A program made the translations under genes and the position numbers. The notes below the pieces were generated by a model. That model saw only the letters and a list, made by a program, of their open reading frames with translations, ran no database searches and had not been told where the DNA came from. Below are positions 47,642-60,047 of a DNA stretch of 64,000 nucleotides, piece after piece; the first letter of the stretch is position 1, and every line of letters starts with the position of its first letter. Source of the DNA: Eutreptiella sp. 'Long Island Sound 2002' (lineage: Eukaryota; Protista; Euglenida); NCBI GenBank assembly GCA_964036045.1, contig OZ038378.1, forward strand, positions 196,168,001 through 196,232,000, in the 5' to 3' direction.

Positions 47642-47752
47642 CAGCCCCTCTCACACCCCCTCTCACACCCCCTCTCACAGCCCCTCTAACAGCCCCTCTC
47701 ACAGCCCCTCTCACACACCCTCTCACACCCCCTCTCACACACATCCTCTCAC
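47642..47752. repeat. 12-bp tandem (CACACCCCTCT-like); inverted counterpart at about 50866-50950
   Basis: Direct inspection. Confidence 0.9.
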
Positions 47753-47914
47753 AGGGCTGTACTGTGCTGGTTGGCCGGCAGCGCACGTCATTTCATGGCT
47801 GTGGGTGTGACTAGCGCTGTGTGGGTGTTGCAGTGGGTGAGACCGTGGAGCTCCCCAAGTACTGCGCCCCAAACATGCCTCAATGGCGATGCACGGGGCG
47901 AGTGGCTGTGGGAC

Positions 47915-48419
47915 CAGGGTTTTGCGTAGTGTCCGTCCTACCCCACGGGGGGGGGTGGGTGGGTGGGTGGGTCTGGCAGAATTTCAGGGTGGGTGGGTGT
48001 CCAACCAGCCCCCCCCCCCCCCCCGGGGTGGGGTGGGACTTTGTGGGGGCCCTTGGGTCTATCGAGCCAGTGCCACTTCTTTCTTTCTTCTGTTGCAGGT
48101 TCCATGTAACATGTTCATTTATGGTGTGTTTACATGGCATTGCATATCACGTGTGCATGCCCCACGCCCATAAAGGGGCTAGGATGCTTTGTCGTTTGTG
48201 CTGGATGCGAAGGGGGCAACGCTAGAACCCCACAGTTGCTGTGTCTGCCCCACGCCCATAAAGGGGTACGTGGGTGGGTGGGTGGGTGGGTGGGTGTCAG
48301 ACCCCCCCCCCCCGGGGGGGGGGGTGGGACATTTGTCGGTCTGTGGGTATGCCAAAATTCTGGGTGGGTGGGTCCCTGAATTACCCCCCCCCCCCCTGGG
48401 GTGGGTAAGCAAAACCCTG
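47915..48419 (+). mobile_element. MITE family K (TIR CAGGGTTTTGC / GCAAAACCCTG), perfect 8-bp TSD
   Basis: TGTGGGAC at 47907-47914 and 48420-48427; (GGGT)n core. Confidence 0.9.
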
Positions 48420-48487
48420 TGTGGGACTGTCTTTTTTGGTGCATCACGTCCGGGCAGTCCCTGATCTGTGTTGCTTGTGCTTTGTAG

Positions 48488-48568
48488 ATGACCATTCGAG
48501 CCGAGTCGTCACCGACGATGAAGACGATGATGGATCTGTGATCTTAGAGAACATCCCCCAGGCTCTCA
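48488..48568 (+). CDS. Gene 2 exon (DHSSRVVTDDEDDDGSVILENIPQAL)
   Basis: ttgtag acceptor phase 1; donor A|GTGCGA phase 1 (alternative GTATGA at 48583). Confidence 0.6.
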
Positions 48569-48692
48569 GTGCGACAATGCAAGTATGACGGGCTCAGCGA
48601 TGCGGATGCAGTCGGCTTCTGGAGGCAGCAAGCAGCTTCCCCCATCCCCCCCTCGACCCTGGGTCATGGGGGCCTCTCACACGTCCTCACAC

Positions 48693-48943
48693 CAGGGCTG
48701 TCCCTAAGAGCCCCAAGTTTCTTGTTTTTTGGTTCGTCAAGGACAACCCTTAAGGACCACCAACCGCCAGCCACCAACCGCCAACCGCCAACCGCCACCA
48801 ACCGTCAAACATCGTTGAATCCTGTTTTGGTGGTCTTGTGTCTTGCCCATGTCTTGGCCATGAAGCAGAGAGCGTCCCCATAAACGTTTCGTTTCTGTTG
48901 GCGTGACGAACCCTCTTTTCCTTCCCCCTTAAAGACAGCCCTG
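48693..48943 (+). mobile_element. MITE family B, 7/8 TSD
   Basis: CCTCACAC / CCTTACAC flanks; TIR CAGGGCTGTC / GACAGCCCTG. Confidence 0.9.
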
Positions 48944-49012
48944 CCTTACACCGCGTCCCCCCTCTCCCCTCCGGCCCACGCGGGTCCACCAACGCCCGTT
49001 GGGTGGCTGCAG

Positions 49013-49170
49013 GCATCGCCCTCGTGCAAGACAACAACGAGTGGGGCTCCGGGTCCCCGGAGGCGAGGATCGCACAGGGGCTCATGTGGAGCACCGAAGA
49101 TGTGGATCACAGAAGAACAATGTGCGCCTTCTGCGCCCAGTCCCAATCACACCGCCCAGACCTGCCCCAT
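49013..49170 (+). CDS. Gene 2 exon (IALVQDNNEWGSGSPEARIAQGLMWSTED...)
   Basis: ctgcag acceptor phase 1, high GC3, CAT|GTGAGG donor phase 0; 3' end uncertain. Confidence 0.55.
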
Positions 49171-51138
49171 GTGAGGGTGTGTGAGAGGAATTTGATTTAA
49201 TTTGATTTGATTTGAGGGCCGATCTTGAGGTTCACAGGCTGCCTGGGGGGCGCACGATGGCTGTCCCGACGACTCCGCATATCGGCCGGCTATGCGTGCG
49301 ACGCGGAAGGGAACGCCGGCGTACCCTGGTCGCAGCTGGTTGGGGGCCTCCCGCGCACCCCGTGGCGCCGCCAAAGGCCCTAGATCTGCCGCCCGGTCGG
49401 GTGCCAGGGTGGGTTGTCTACCCTTTCTACCCAGGGGGGGGGCTGCAGTAGGCAAGGTAGGCAGGCAGTACCGGAGACCATAACCCCGGGGTAGCAGTAG
49501 CAGGGACTCAACGTGAGTCCACTTCACCAGAACCCTAAGTTCCGCCGGGGCTGAAATCCCAAACAGTACAGAACTTAGGGCCCCCTTGGGCAGTTTAAGC
49601 CCGCGGGGATGCAAAGAGGCGTGACTGCCAGCACTTGTGTCTGGCTTGTCATACCCAGTGGGCTCACATCGATGCGGCCGGTTGAGTCCGGCTCTAGGGG
49701 GCGCACTTAATTGGACTTGGGGGAGGCCCTTAAACCCTTTAAGCATTAAATATGGCAATAGGCAACGTGTGTACGTTATTACACAGCGCGCATTGTTGCC
49801 CCGCAGACATGCCCCCTCCGGTGGTGCGCTCACCTTTGGGGCTGCCGTTGGGGGATCGGGGGCTGTTACCCCTCCCGGACGCCCTCTCTGCTGTGGGCGC
49901 CGGGTGGTGGCTGCGGGGCCTTATACCTTACCCATACTCAAAGGATATTCGGTACTTGTACCAAGGTGTCCAACCGGACGGGCGCCCACTAGGGCCGGGC
50001 ACACACGACAAGGCGATGCAGGTCCTAAATTTATGCAGTTCAAACCGGACTCGGGCTGAGCATTCGGAGTGCGCAAGGGCGGTGTGGCCTCGAACTGCTC
50101 CGCCAGCGGGGCCACGCCGCCCATTCCGGGGGGTTGCAGGGACCCCTCCCTCATCATTGCACAGGGAGCCCCCTCGTTGCTTGCCACACGCCGAACCGCC
50201 CCGCCGCCAGGTGTGCCCGACCCGCTCGCCCCCTGAGGTGGGGGGGGGGGGTGCTGGGCAGCGCGAGGTAGGCGCCATCGCCCCAGCGCAGTGGCGTTGT
50301 AGCTGCGGGCTCTGGTCCCATCCCCGGCTGCGGTTTCTGGGGCGTTCGTGGGGAGGGGAGGCGAGAGGGTCGGGCTGCCGTACCCGCCAACCCGGGTTCC
50401 TTCCACTGGTGGTGCCCCATGCCGAGGCAGCCTGCTCGGTGGCGGGCTGGTGGTGCATGTCTCCGGGGTGGCTCGCTGGCCACACCGCCGCCGCACTGGT
50501 GGCGCGCCCCTCGGTACAAGGGGCGCGCCTCCTCCTCCGTCGACTGCTGTGTCTCCGCTAGTGGTCAGCCTGAGAAGGGAGCGCACGGGTGGGAGGGAGG
50601 ATAGGGTGGCACCCTGGGTATACAAAGCCGCCACCGGAGGTGGGCCGGCTTAGCTTTCTTCAGGCCTGCAGAGCGGGTGGGCACAGGGGGACGGGGGAGG
50701 TGGGTGCTGGGCGGGGTGTGGGGGGGCCGGTTTCAGTGGCTCCGCCACAGGGGGGGGGGGGGGGGGGGGCGGCAAAAGCCTGCCCTGTGTTTTCCAACCC
50801 CCAACTGGGGGGCCAGCCCACGGCCTGCACCCTCGCTTTGTGGTGGCTTAAATTTGGGCCGACAGGGGGTGTGTGAGAGGTTGTGTGGGAGGGTGTGAGA
50901 GAGGGTGTTTGAGAGGGTGTGTGAGAGGGTGTGTGAGAGGGTGTGTGAGACGTGGCTGCGGCAGAGACTGTGAGAGGGACTGCGGTGGGGGCTGTGTGCC
51001 CGCGCAACCCCAGACCCGCCTCCTCCGCACGCACTTGGTACACAACCACCGGACGGCCGTCGTTGGGCGTGCGCCTTCCCGAAGGCCTGTGCTGGGGCCC
51101 GGCACCCACGACCGCCACGTTCGTGCCCCTGTCCGCAG

Positions 51139-51240
51139 GACCTCCCCGTCGCCGCTGATGACATGTACTTGTCAGACCAGTCGACGGACGAGTACGCCTA
51201 CGACCAGTTCTCCGAAGAGGAGCCGCACCCCAGCGCCTGA
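51139..51240 (+). CDS. Gene 2 terminal exon (DLPVAADDMYLSDQSTDEYAYDQFSEEEPHPSA*)
   Basis: gtccgcag acceptor, high GC3, TGA stop. Confidence 0.75.
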   Translation, partial: DLPVAADDMYLSDQSTDEYAYDQFSEEEPHPSA

Positions 51241-51302
51241 GCCGTCCCTGCGCCCGCGTCCGTGGGCACGGCGCGGCTTCGGCCATGGGCCCGGGCCCTG
51301 TG

Positions 51303-51510
51303 CAGGGATGCACTAGAGGGGAAGGGACCTCAGAGGCAGCCCCAGAAGCGGTTAGACAGGCGGTTGGAGGAGGTTGCCAAAGCGGTTGAGGGCGGTTACT
51401 GTCGGTTACAAATGCCATTGAAGCTGGCACTTGGCGTCAGGGGGACAGTGGCTGGGCGTAGGCTGGGCGCCCTGGAGTGGGGGGGGGGGAGGGCTTCCAA
51501 TGCATCCCTG
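51303..51510 (+). mobile_element. MITE family A (TIR CAGGGATGCA...TGCATCCCTG), perfect 8-bp TSD
   Basis: GCCCTGTG at 51295-51302 and 51511-51518. Confidence 0.9.
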
Positions 51511-53299
51511 GCCCTGTGTCATACCGCTGCCCCCCCCGCCCCCCCTCACACACCGCCACCGCCCCCAGCGATGCGGCGCTGCGGATTGTGGGCCCGCTGG
51601 TCCTTGCGTACGTCCCGTTTCGCCGCGTTCAGACACGGGCGCTTTGCCCAGCAGAAGCCCGGCACGGGGCCGGTGCCCCGCCAGTGCGGCCTGTGGGGCG
51701 CGGCACAGGTAAGGCCGGCGTGTTGGCCGCGGAGCTGGATCAATTCCCGGTGAGGGAGCACAAGCAGCACCACAGGGACGTTGCCATGAACGCCCGGCAG
51801 TCGGGAGGGTGAGCCCGGGAGAGCGGAGTAGCCAACGGGTGTAGGAACTCTGCGCACCCCAGGGCACACGCCCACTGCCACTGCCCCCCCGATTCCCGCT
51901 CGCCATTCCAGACATACGCAGCTGCGTGTGCACGGCGCGGCGCACTGTACATACACGCGACGCGTCCGGGGCCGCAGTGAAACGGATAACTTTTAAGGAG
52001 GACGGTCCCCCCCTCCCCCCACAAGCCCCTCCACTCCTACAAAACGTTCCTCAGGGCAAAGTGGCAGCAAAGTAACGCGCCTTTGTGTATAGTACCATGT
52101 AAATCCCTTTGGGACTGACAAAATACGGCTTAGCCAGGGCAAAGAGCAAGCCTCCGGGTGAGGAGATGGAACAATGGCCGGTGCATCTGCAAAAACGCCC
52201 GAACAAACCACAACTGTGACTGTTCAGCAATATCATTTTTAAGAATGTAGTTATCAATCTCTTCAGCCGCTCAACTGCGGTTACAACTGCCGGTCATTCG
52301 CGGCTACACCCACTGTTACAACGGTTGCAGTGGATCCCAACTTCCGGGCTGTGTTACTGCAGCGAGTACAGGTACTGGGCCTAGTCGAGGTTGGCCTGTG
52401 GAAGTGGACTGTCGAGCATTGCTGCATATGTATACCAGGACGTGCATGCGTGGAGCGCTTTGTGACCTGCGTGCCCCCCCCCCCCCCCAAAGCCCCCCCC
52501 CAATTCCCACAATCCATTCCTCAACGCAAACATGAGAATTTTTGAAGAACAATTTTTCGGACGGTTTTCGGTACCCAACACCGTGGGTCTCAGAACCCCC
52601 TTCTCTCCCTCTCATGAACTGAGTGGTGATGACCATGCGCCTGTGACACGGGGGGCGTATGCGAGCCCAGTATCCGTTGCCTCATGGCCCTCTCATGCGA
52701 CACGTCCCTTGCCACCACTGTGCCCTGCTGGCCTGACCTGTCCTGTGCATCCCCCCCCCCCCGGGGGGGGCGGGGGGACGTATGGGAACTGACACCCTCG
52801 AGGGGGGGGGAGGAGGGCAACCGACCCCTGGACCGCCCTCTCCTGCCCGGATTTTACAGTGACAGAAAGCACATTCACCGAAGGAACGATTCATCGCGAC
52901 CATTGTTGGTGCACAACCTTTTTGGGATCCGGACCCCTCCCCGCCCTCTCCTCTCATGTACCCCCCTTGCGCAAGCACGGGCTTGTCCAAGCGCGGAGTG
53001 GACGTTGAAGTGCTGCTTTCAGGATTTTTTGGGACCACTGTTTTTTGTGGTTTTGAGTGCAGGATTGGGCGTTTGTGACGCACTTGTGGAGGGAAAAGGG
53101 GGCTCGTTCGTGTCTGTGATTGTGCATTCCGTTCACAACAACATTGTGCCACCCATTGCAACCGCATGTCTGTCTGTTTGGATGTGATTCTCGGCCCTGG
53201 CCAACAGTGCTATTCCCGGCATGGCTGTCGCGTACCGTCCTTTGCTGGCGTGTGTGGGGCAGCGCAGGACTCGTTCCTCTTGCCACCCCGCCGCAGCAG

Positions 53300-53402
53300 G
53301 CGAGGGAGGGATGGGTCATGCCCATCCCACACCCGAAACTGGCCCTGTCACTGACCCATGACCTGCTGCGTGTACTCTCGATGGACACTTGGTGGAAGTT
53401 CG
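53300..53402 (+). CDS. Isolated candidate exon (AREGWVMPIPHPKLALSLTHDLLRVLSMDTWWKF)
   Basis: cag acceptor, G|GTCACG donor, protein-like composition; partner exons not found. Confidence 0.3.
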
Positions 53403-56400
53403 GTCACGAGTTAGAAAAAAAAGCTTTGCTGGCGTATGTGTCTCGCGCAAGCAAGCAAGCAAGCAAGGGCTGGTCTAAGCACGGGGTGGGCGTTGAACCG
53501 CTTTTTTGCCTGGGGTTTTGGGACCGCGGCCGTGCTTGCACAAGGAGGGGGGGGGGTAGTACATGTTTGCCCGCACCCGCCCATCTTTTGGCCCTTCCAG
53601 CCCCTCGCCACCCCCCCTCTCCCGCTCAGACACCCCTTCGCTCGCCGCTCCCCCTTCCCGCCGTCCCACAGCCTCTTCAGACCCTGGGTCTCTATCCGAA
53701 TTGCCCCTGGCCTCCATTCGCCCGCAGACGTGCGCCTTTCGATCCCCATTCTACTCTTGTTACCTGCAACGGCGCGGCATCTGTGTGTCCTCTGCACTGC
53801 CATGTGCGGTCCGCTCCCCAACAAATGTGAGGTGGCTCTGAGCAGATTCTGTTTTGTGACTGTCCAGAGCCCCGTGTCTCCCGTATCGACCAACGCTCTC
53901 CTGTATTCTGACCCCTCATGCTGCTGCTGCTGCTGCTGCGACGGCGTTCCCGTTCTGTACAGTACTTCCTCCAGCGTCCGGCATTCGTGGTCCGGTCTAC
54001 TGGACGTCGGTCGCTGCTGAGCTGGGGATGCACCGGGTGGTGTTCGATGAGAAGTGGGTTCCTACTGGTGCTGCCAGGGCGCTCCTCATTGGCTGTTCTC
54101 AGTATGGAGTGGCCCTGTGAGACGCCAAGCAGGCCCCACGGCGCTTACCGGCCAACCGCTGTCGCTTGGTCACCAACCGCTGGCTTTCAATGATGAGTGT
54201 TGGAGACCCAGAATCTTTTTCTTTTCAGGGAGCACCCTGTTTCCTGCTGGATGCAAGTGGCATGTCTGGTCTGCACGCATCACTCAGGCTGTTGGTTCTT
54301 GCCAAGAGATCGGCATCGCTAGTCGAGTGGAAGGCAAATTTTCAGTTTGAGCCCCTTCATTTGACATCACCTGGTAGACGCTCACTGAGCGACCTGCCCC
54401 CTTTGCTCATGCTTCCAGCTGGGGGATCCTTTCACAAAGTGCCAGTCCCCCCTCCACCCGAGAGTTCGCTCATGTGCACTTCGTCATACTCCTGACCTTC
54501 TGCATGACAAAATTTGGAGCCCCTGGGCCCTTGAACCATTCCAATTTGCACGATTAGCTGGGACCTCGTCCAAGGGGATGCCCACCTCAGGTGTAGGATG
54601 GTACGGCAAGCCATGGCTTCTGCTCACTCGAAGGCCGCACGCTCTGCCATGAGGACACTCACCCTCTGGCAGGCTTTCATTTTTGAACATGAGAAAGGGT
54701 GTGTTTCATTTTGAAGGGGTCTCAAAAGAGCCCTGGAAGCACAGAGTCCTCTGCCCACGCCCCTCAACTCCAATGCAATCCAATCCCTCTGTCTGCTGTC
54801 CCATAGCCCCTGCCTCCATCCGTTGTGCTGTGCCGCACACCTTGTGTACCCCCTCCCTCGGGAGCGTTTTTTCTACACGTTTTTCCTGCAGCACCGTACC
54901 ACCATACCAGAGATCCACAATTTTTGGTGCTGGACGCATTGTTGTTCAGCACTAGCAGCGTCAATGGGGGTCAATCGGGGGCAGCCCTATGGTGGATACC
55001 GGAGGAGCCTTCGGTTTTCATTCATCTTAACCTTCTGTTGCCCTGCGTAGGCTCGGTGGTCGTGGTGTAGTTGACCATCAGCGTGCGATATCTGTTGGTT
55101 GCGCAGATGGACAGATTGCTCATGTAATGCTACACACATGCAAAGGTGAGTATTGTTAAGGTGCACAGAACTTTTGTGGTGTAATACCATGATCTGCCCT
55201 CCAAATCTCTAGACCTAACCATCCTGCATTGGGTGGGGCTTGGAGGTGCGGGGGCTCAGTTTTGGGTTGGTGGTCGCGGATTCCTGTGGCACCGCCAAGG
55301 CGGCCTGACGATATCAATGCAACGATATCAATGCAACGCCGAACTGCAGCGCTGCCAAAGTGGCAGAGAAAAGGTCATCGCAGCATCGTGTCAGCCCAAA
55401 GAATGCCCAAACCCAATATTTTTTTATGACATGGAGCCCCAATGCAGTTAGGCATGCCGGCCATCAATAAAGCCTCTCCAAAAAGAAGGCCAAACGCCTC
55501 AGTCAACGTCTCAGCCAACAAAGAACAGGCACGCACCAATGCATCTTCACAGAAAAAGTCGCAAATCTTTGTTTCTATTTTTGGATGCTCTTTGCAGTAA
55601 TGTTGCGTAAATCAAATTCAAAAACACCCATGGTTTTCGAAGCATTATTCGTATCGGCACGGTGTTGTTTTGACCAAACCCCACCCTGTCAATATGTCAT
55701 CCACACAAAGAGTCGCCGTAGTTGTGTTGCAAGGTAGCACAACCTAAAGGCCCACCAATACAGTCCATGGGTGGCATAAATTTTTGGTTGTTGTTTACGT
55801 TTTGAGCGTTTTCTCTTTGTTGGGTCACACCATTTGTAGAGCACGAATCATGCACACATAGTTTTGCATGCACCATTTTTGGTTTCACTTGAAGGACACA
55901 TTGTCATTCAAAAAATGCGACGTTGCCCAACAACAAGGGGTTGAAGCAGACACAAAATTGCCGAGCACGGAAATACAAAGAAGCATCGCGGATCATACAG
56001 TGGAAATCATACAGTGCCTACCTGAAGAAAAATAGTTGTACCAAATGCGAAAACAAAGTTGGCAGAATTCCCGACCAATTTCGGCTCTTCCATCGTATTC
56101 TGCATGGACTGCTCATTATTGTAAGCCATCATTGAGCCCAGCGGAGGACTTGCCCACGCTGGGGCCTAAGCCGCCACGGAATGAAGGAAGGAATGAATTG
56201 AATCCAAGAGTGCAGCCGACAAAACTGTTGAGATCCACAAACATCTGAAGCCGCATTTTGAGAAAGTATTCTGGAATCGAAATGTTGATGGCCAAATCCA
56301 AAGAGTCAAAACAGGTCAAATGAAGCGAGCACATCGTGTAAGAGCACAGATCAACTATTGAAAAAGGTCAAGCTCGCTATCTTTATTCTCAGCCCAATTT

Positions 56401-57334
56401 CTTCCATTCAAAAAAACCACTCTCTGCCAACTTTTGGACCAGGCTAAGCTCCAATCATTTATGGGTTGGAATTAAAAACTTGATAGCTCATAACCCATTC
56501 TTACTCAAATTTGGAACACTTCAGATGGTTTCGAAATTTGAATATTCATGCAACATGTGCCAAATATGTTGGGAAAACGGTACACCAATTCATGCAAGCA
56601 TCAAACCAAAATCAAGCACTGGTATTCAAGTAAATATGTTTCATGTAGAGGTAGTTCTGACCACTGCAACCTCGTTCAATATTTGTCCTCTTCCATCACC
56701 AAGTCTTTGGCCACAACCCCACTATGCACTTGCAATTTTGATCAAGATTCATTGCCAAGTATTTAGCAACACACCCTCACCCTATTTGAAGCCATGAAAG
56801 AGCGTTCAGACAGAAGAATTTCCACAAAAGAAACACTTTCCGATCTATCTTCGATGCTAGTATTGCTCCAGCCGACACAACAGTTTGGGATTACCACCGC
56901 ATTCTCCAAAAATTCATGCTACCCCTCATGACCGTCGCTTTATGGATCAAGCTGGGTTGAAAACTGAACAGAGTGAATTTTCATGATTTGTTGCAGCGGG
57001 GTGCTTCCCCATCATCGGGTTCCTATCTTTGGCGCAAACAGGGGGGGGAAGGAAGGGGCACGTACCATCGATTTTATGCCAACCACGCAACACGTTGGTG
57101 AGGTGTGAACCACTGTGATAGTTTTATCAGGTTTTGCAGCACAATGCAGGTGAGTTTGTTTCCGTCTTGTGTCTGGTTTCCCCCCCTCTCCAAGCTTGTT
57201 GATGATCAAACATCTGTGCTCAAGAAACATGCGGACCATCCCCCCCCCCCCCCATCAGACACAAATGCACGTGGCACATCGACATGCATGATCCTGCGCA
57301 CAAACTCTTTTTGGCTGGCCAAAGCCACTTGCTT

Positions 57335-58759
57335 ATGGGGGAACGTTAGTGCGCCGGGCGCGCGCCGGGCATCTTTTTGGACCCGTGCCCCACCGGTGGC
57401 CTTTTAGGGGGTGCACTAAGGGGGCGCACTTACCCTTTACCCCCCTTGCAAACCCCCCCCCCCTTGCCATCCCCCCCCCCCCACCCGGGAGACCGTCACT
57501 TCCATGTTTTTCTAGTTAACATGTATTATGCTGGTTTGTGTTGCCCATCTGGTTTACGCATGGCCTTGCATTGCTTTCCCATTACTACAAATCAAGCACC
57601 TGTGTGTGTTCTGTGATATTCTCTCTCCAAAGGCGTTGTATGGGTGTGTTGTGTTGCTACTTCAGACCCAAGATGTTTTCTCCCGGTGACCATGTACGGT
57701 ACCACTCACGCACACTTGGTGCACATGTGTTGGCCACTGTTGTGGGGCCTTCGCCAAATGGGCCGCAGTTTTGCCACATTCGGTACATACGCCCTAGTGG
57801 GGTCACTCCGGTGGATCATGAGAGTGCTCAACTCTCAAGGCTAGAGGCTGTCGCGGTTGAATCACCCAAGTCTCCAGAGTCACCAGAGTCACCGGATGTT
57901 ACCCCCATCATCAGCCAGTGCAACACACCCCGTGCCTGTCATGCAAACTGAGCATGTGCAACAGTTCAAAGTGTGTTATTCTCGTACCCAGAAGTTCTTC
58001 ACCGTTCCTTTGGATCCTCAATAACATTAGTGTTGGATGAAACACATTGGCACCGCATTAATGCGAAAGTCGCTTCACACGTGTTCTCTTTGCTTGCATC
58101 AGTGGAGGGTACCACAGTTTGCCTTGAAATACCCTTGCAATCCCCCCCCCCCCCGGGAGACCGTCACTTGGCGACCGTCCCCCCCCCCCACCCGGGAGAC
58201 CGTCGCGCGCTAACCCGGGAGTTTGCAAGGGGGGTACAGGGTAGCACAGTGCAGCTATTTGTGCGCCTGGCTGTACTAGAGACCCACACTTTGAGATACA
58301 TTTTGTTGCATTTCACACAGTTTTGCATCCGGAGGCAAGTCCGTCACCCCCCCTACGGACCATGGGAGCATGTCCCGCCTCAGGTTTGGACTGACCAAAG
58401 CAACTCGGCCGCCACGCAAGATGAGGCAGAGGATGAGGTGGAAGTGTGTGTGTTGTGTTGCCAACGGCGCTCCACCGTCACAGTTTGTGATGAGTGTAAG
58501 GAGCACTATTGCAATGAATGTATTGACACCCACACTTGTGGGACCAATGTTGTTTGTTAATTACACTACAAATGACAGTTGGAGTGGTTGAAATCACAGA
58601 TCCTGCTTTATTTTGCAACGTGCTTTGTAGGGAAGGTGTGCAGTGCAACGTGGTCTACTTGGGGGGCTTCTCCACGGGGGGGTAAATCTGGGGCTGAAGG
58701 CGGGATAGTTAATAGAAAAGTAGCGCGCCGGGCGCACGCCGGGCAAACATTCCCCCTAT
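57335..58759 (+). mobile_element. 1.4-kb unit with outer short inverted and inner 25-bp direct repeats, carrying two ORFs
   Basis: Repeats at 57347-57371 and 58721-58745; ORFs about 57673-57951 (SH3/Tudor-like) and 57973-58560 (Cys-rich B-box-like tail). Confidence 0.45.
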
Positions 58760-59977
58760 GGGTATGGGACTCGAAGCAGTATTGGGGCTCTTTTTTTTGC
58801 TGGTGCCTGTGGAGGAAGTGCTTCTCTGAACCTCAGTAGAAGGGTCAGATTCTCTTCCATGCTTTGCACATTGAACCGAGAGAGATTATGCCCAAAGATC
58901 AACGTGTGAATTTTTTTGGGAACTATTAGAAGTGACCCCTGTTTGTTGTTTTTGTTGCTTCTGGCGGGGGTTACCATGTCTGGACAACTGTATGGCAAAA
59001 ACGGGTGCGAAATGTATTCAACGTCCGGTAGGCGGCAACATGGCGACCTTGTTGGCGACATATCATTGCAAAAATGACACGGGTCTCAATCCCCCGCAAA
59101 ACAATATTGTGATACCCGTGTGAAAATGCTCCTTCTCGGGGGAATGCCATGCACGCAGTGCATACACAGTGCGAAGTTTTGAATGTCGGCCAATACTCAG
59201 ACCCTACTTTTCGCCCCTCTTGACAAGTTTTTGGTTCCATACTGGGGTTTTTTTTTAGCTTCCTATGCATTTGGGATGTGGCACATTTGAATTGTCACCC
59301 TTTGTTGCCCAATGTCAACCATTTTTACCCATTTTCCATCCCCCATATTGAACTCTCCCCACTATGGGGACCCCGAGAAGGCAGGGGTGATGTAGCCATA
59401 CATAGCCCGCGGACCTTGAGGAGTTTGTGGTACGGCCTTCATCCCCACCACATCACTGACCTAGCTCGCCATCAACAAGTGTGTCGCGTCCACGCTCAGA
59501 ATCACCACCGCCCTCCCCTTCACCCTATTCGCGGTCCCCATCACGCAAGAGACCACGGACAACGCATTCCCCGCGCTCCGAGTCGAGGGACACCTCATCG
59601 CCGCCTCCAAGAGCGAAGCCACAGGCACCGAAACACTCGAAGCAAGCGGACTTTACAAGGCTGAGTGGTTTGTTCATAGGGACAGTGGAGTACCAAGTTG
59701 AAGGCAGTTTCGTTGTTATCATGTGGGCTTTGCTGCTTCGCTGTGCAACCAGTCAGGTGACAGGTATTCTTGGGTGAGTATCCTGGCCTCTGCGTGCGCA
59801 GTATGCATGCAGTGACCACGCAGTGCACACGCAGTGCGCACGCAGTGCAACAACTTGGCCCGGGTATCAAGATGATCTTCGTGACCTCCCTGACCTCCGT
59901 GAATGCCCGTCTTCAGCGCCAGATGTTGTGCTTTGTCCACATGTCCTTCACAAGCTTCAACTCGCACGTCTTCCCGC

Positions 59978-60001
59978 ACTTTCTGAGTGTCTATTTTTCC
60001 G
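59978..60001 (+). other. Genomic relict spliced-leader exon (ACTTTCTGAGTGTCTATTTTTCCG)
   Basis: First 21 nt are identical to the Euglena SL (ACTTTCTGAGTGTCTATTTTTTTTCG, from memory). It is not followed by GT, so it is not an SL-RNA gene; it lies 46 nt upstream of an ATG. Confidence 0.9.
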
Positions 60002-60047
60002 CCGACAGATTGTTCTTGTTGTCATTTTGATATCCAGTCTGTCCAGT

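Noticed and set aside
46968-47786. 272-aa minus-strand ORF
   Set aside because: Antisense of exon 47188-47539 plus the minisatellite.
49190-50060. Possible retroelement end with an (ATTTG)n tail or ribozyme-bearing UTR
   Set aside because: Single copy in the window, no RT motif, and no ribozyme fold that I could verify by eye.
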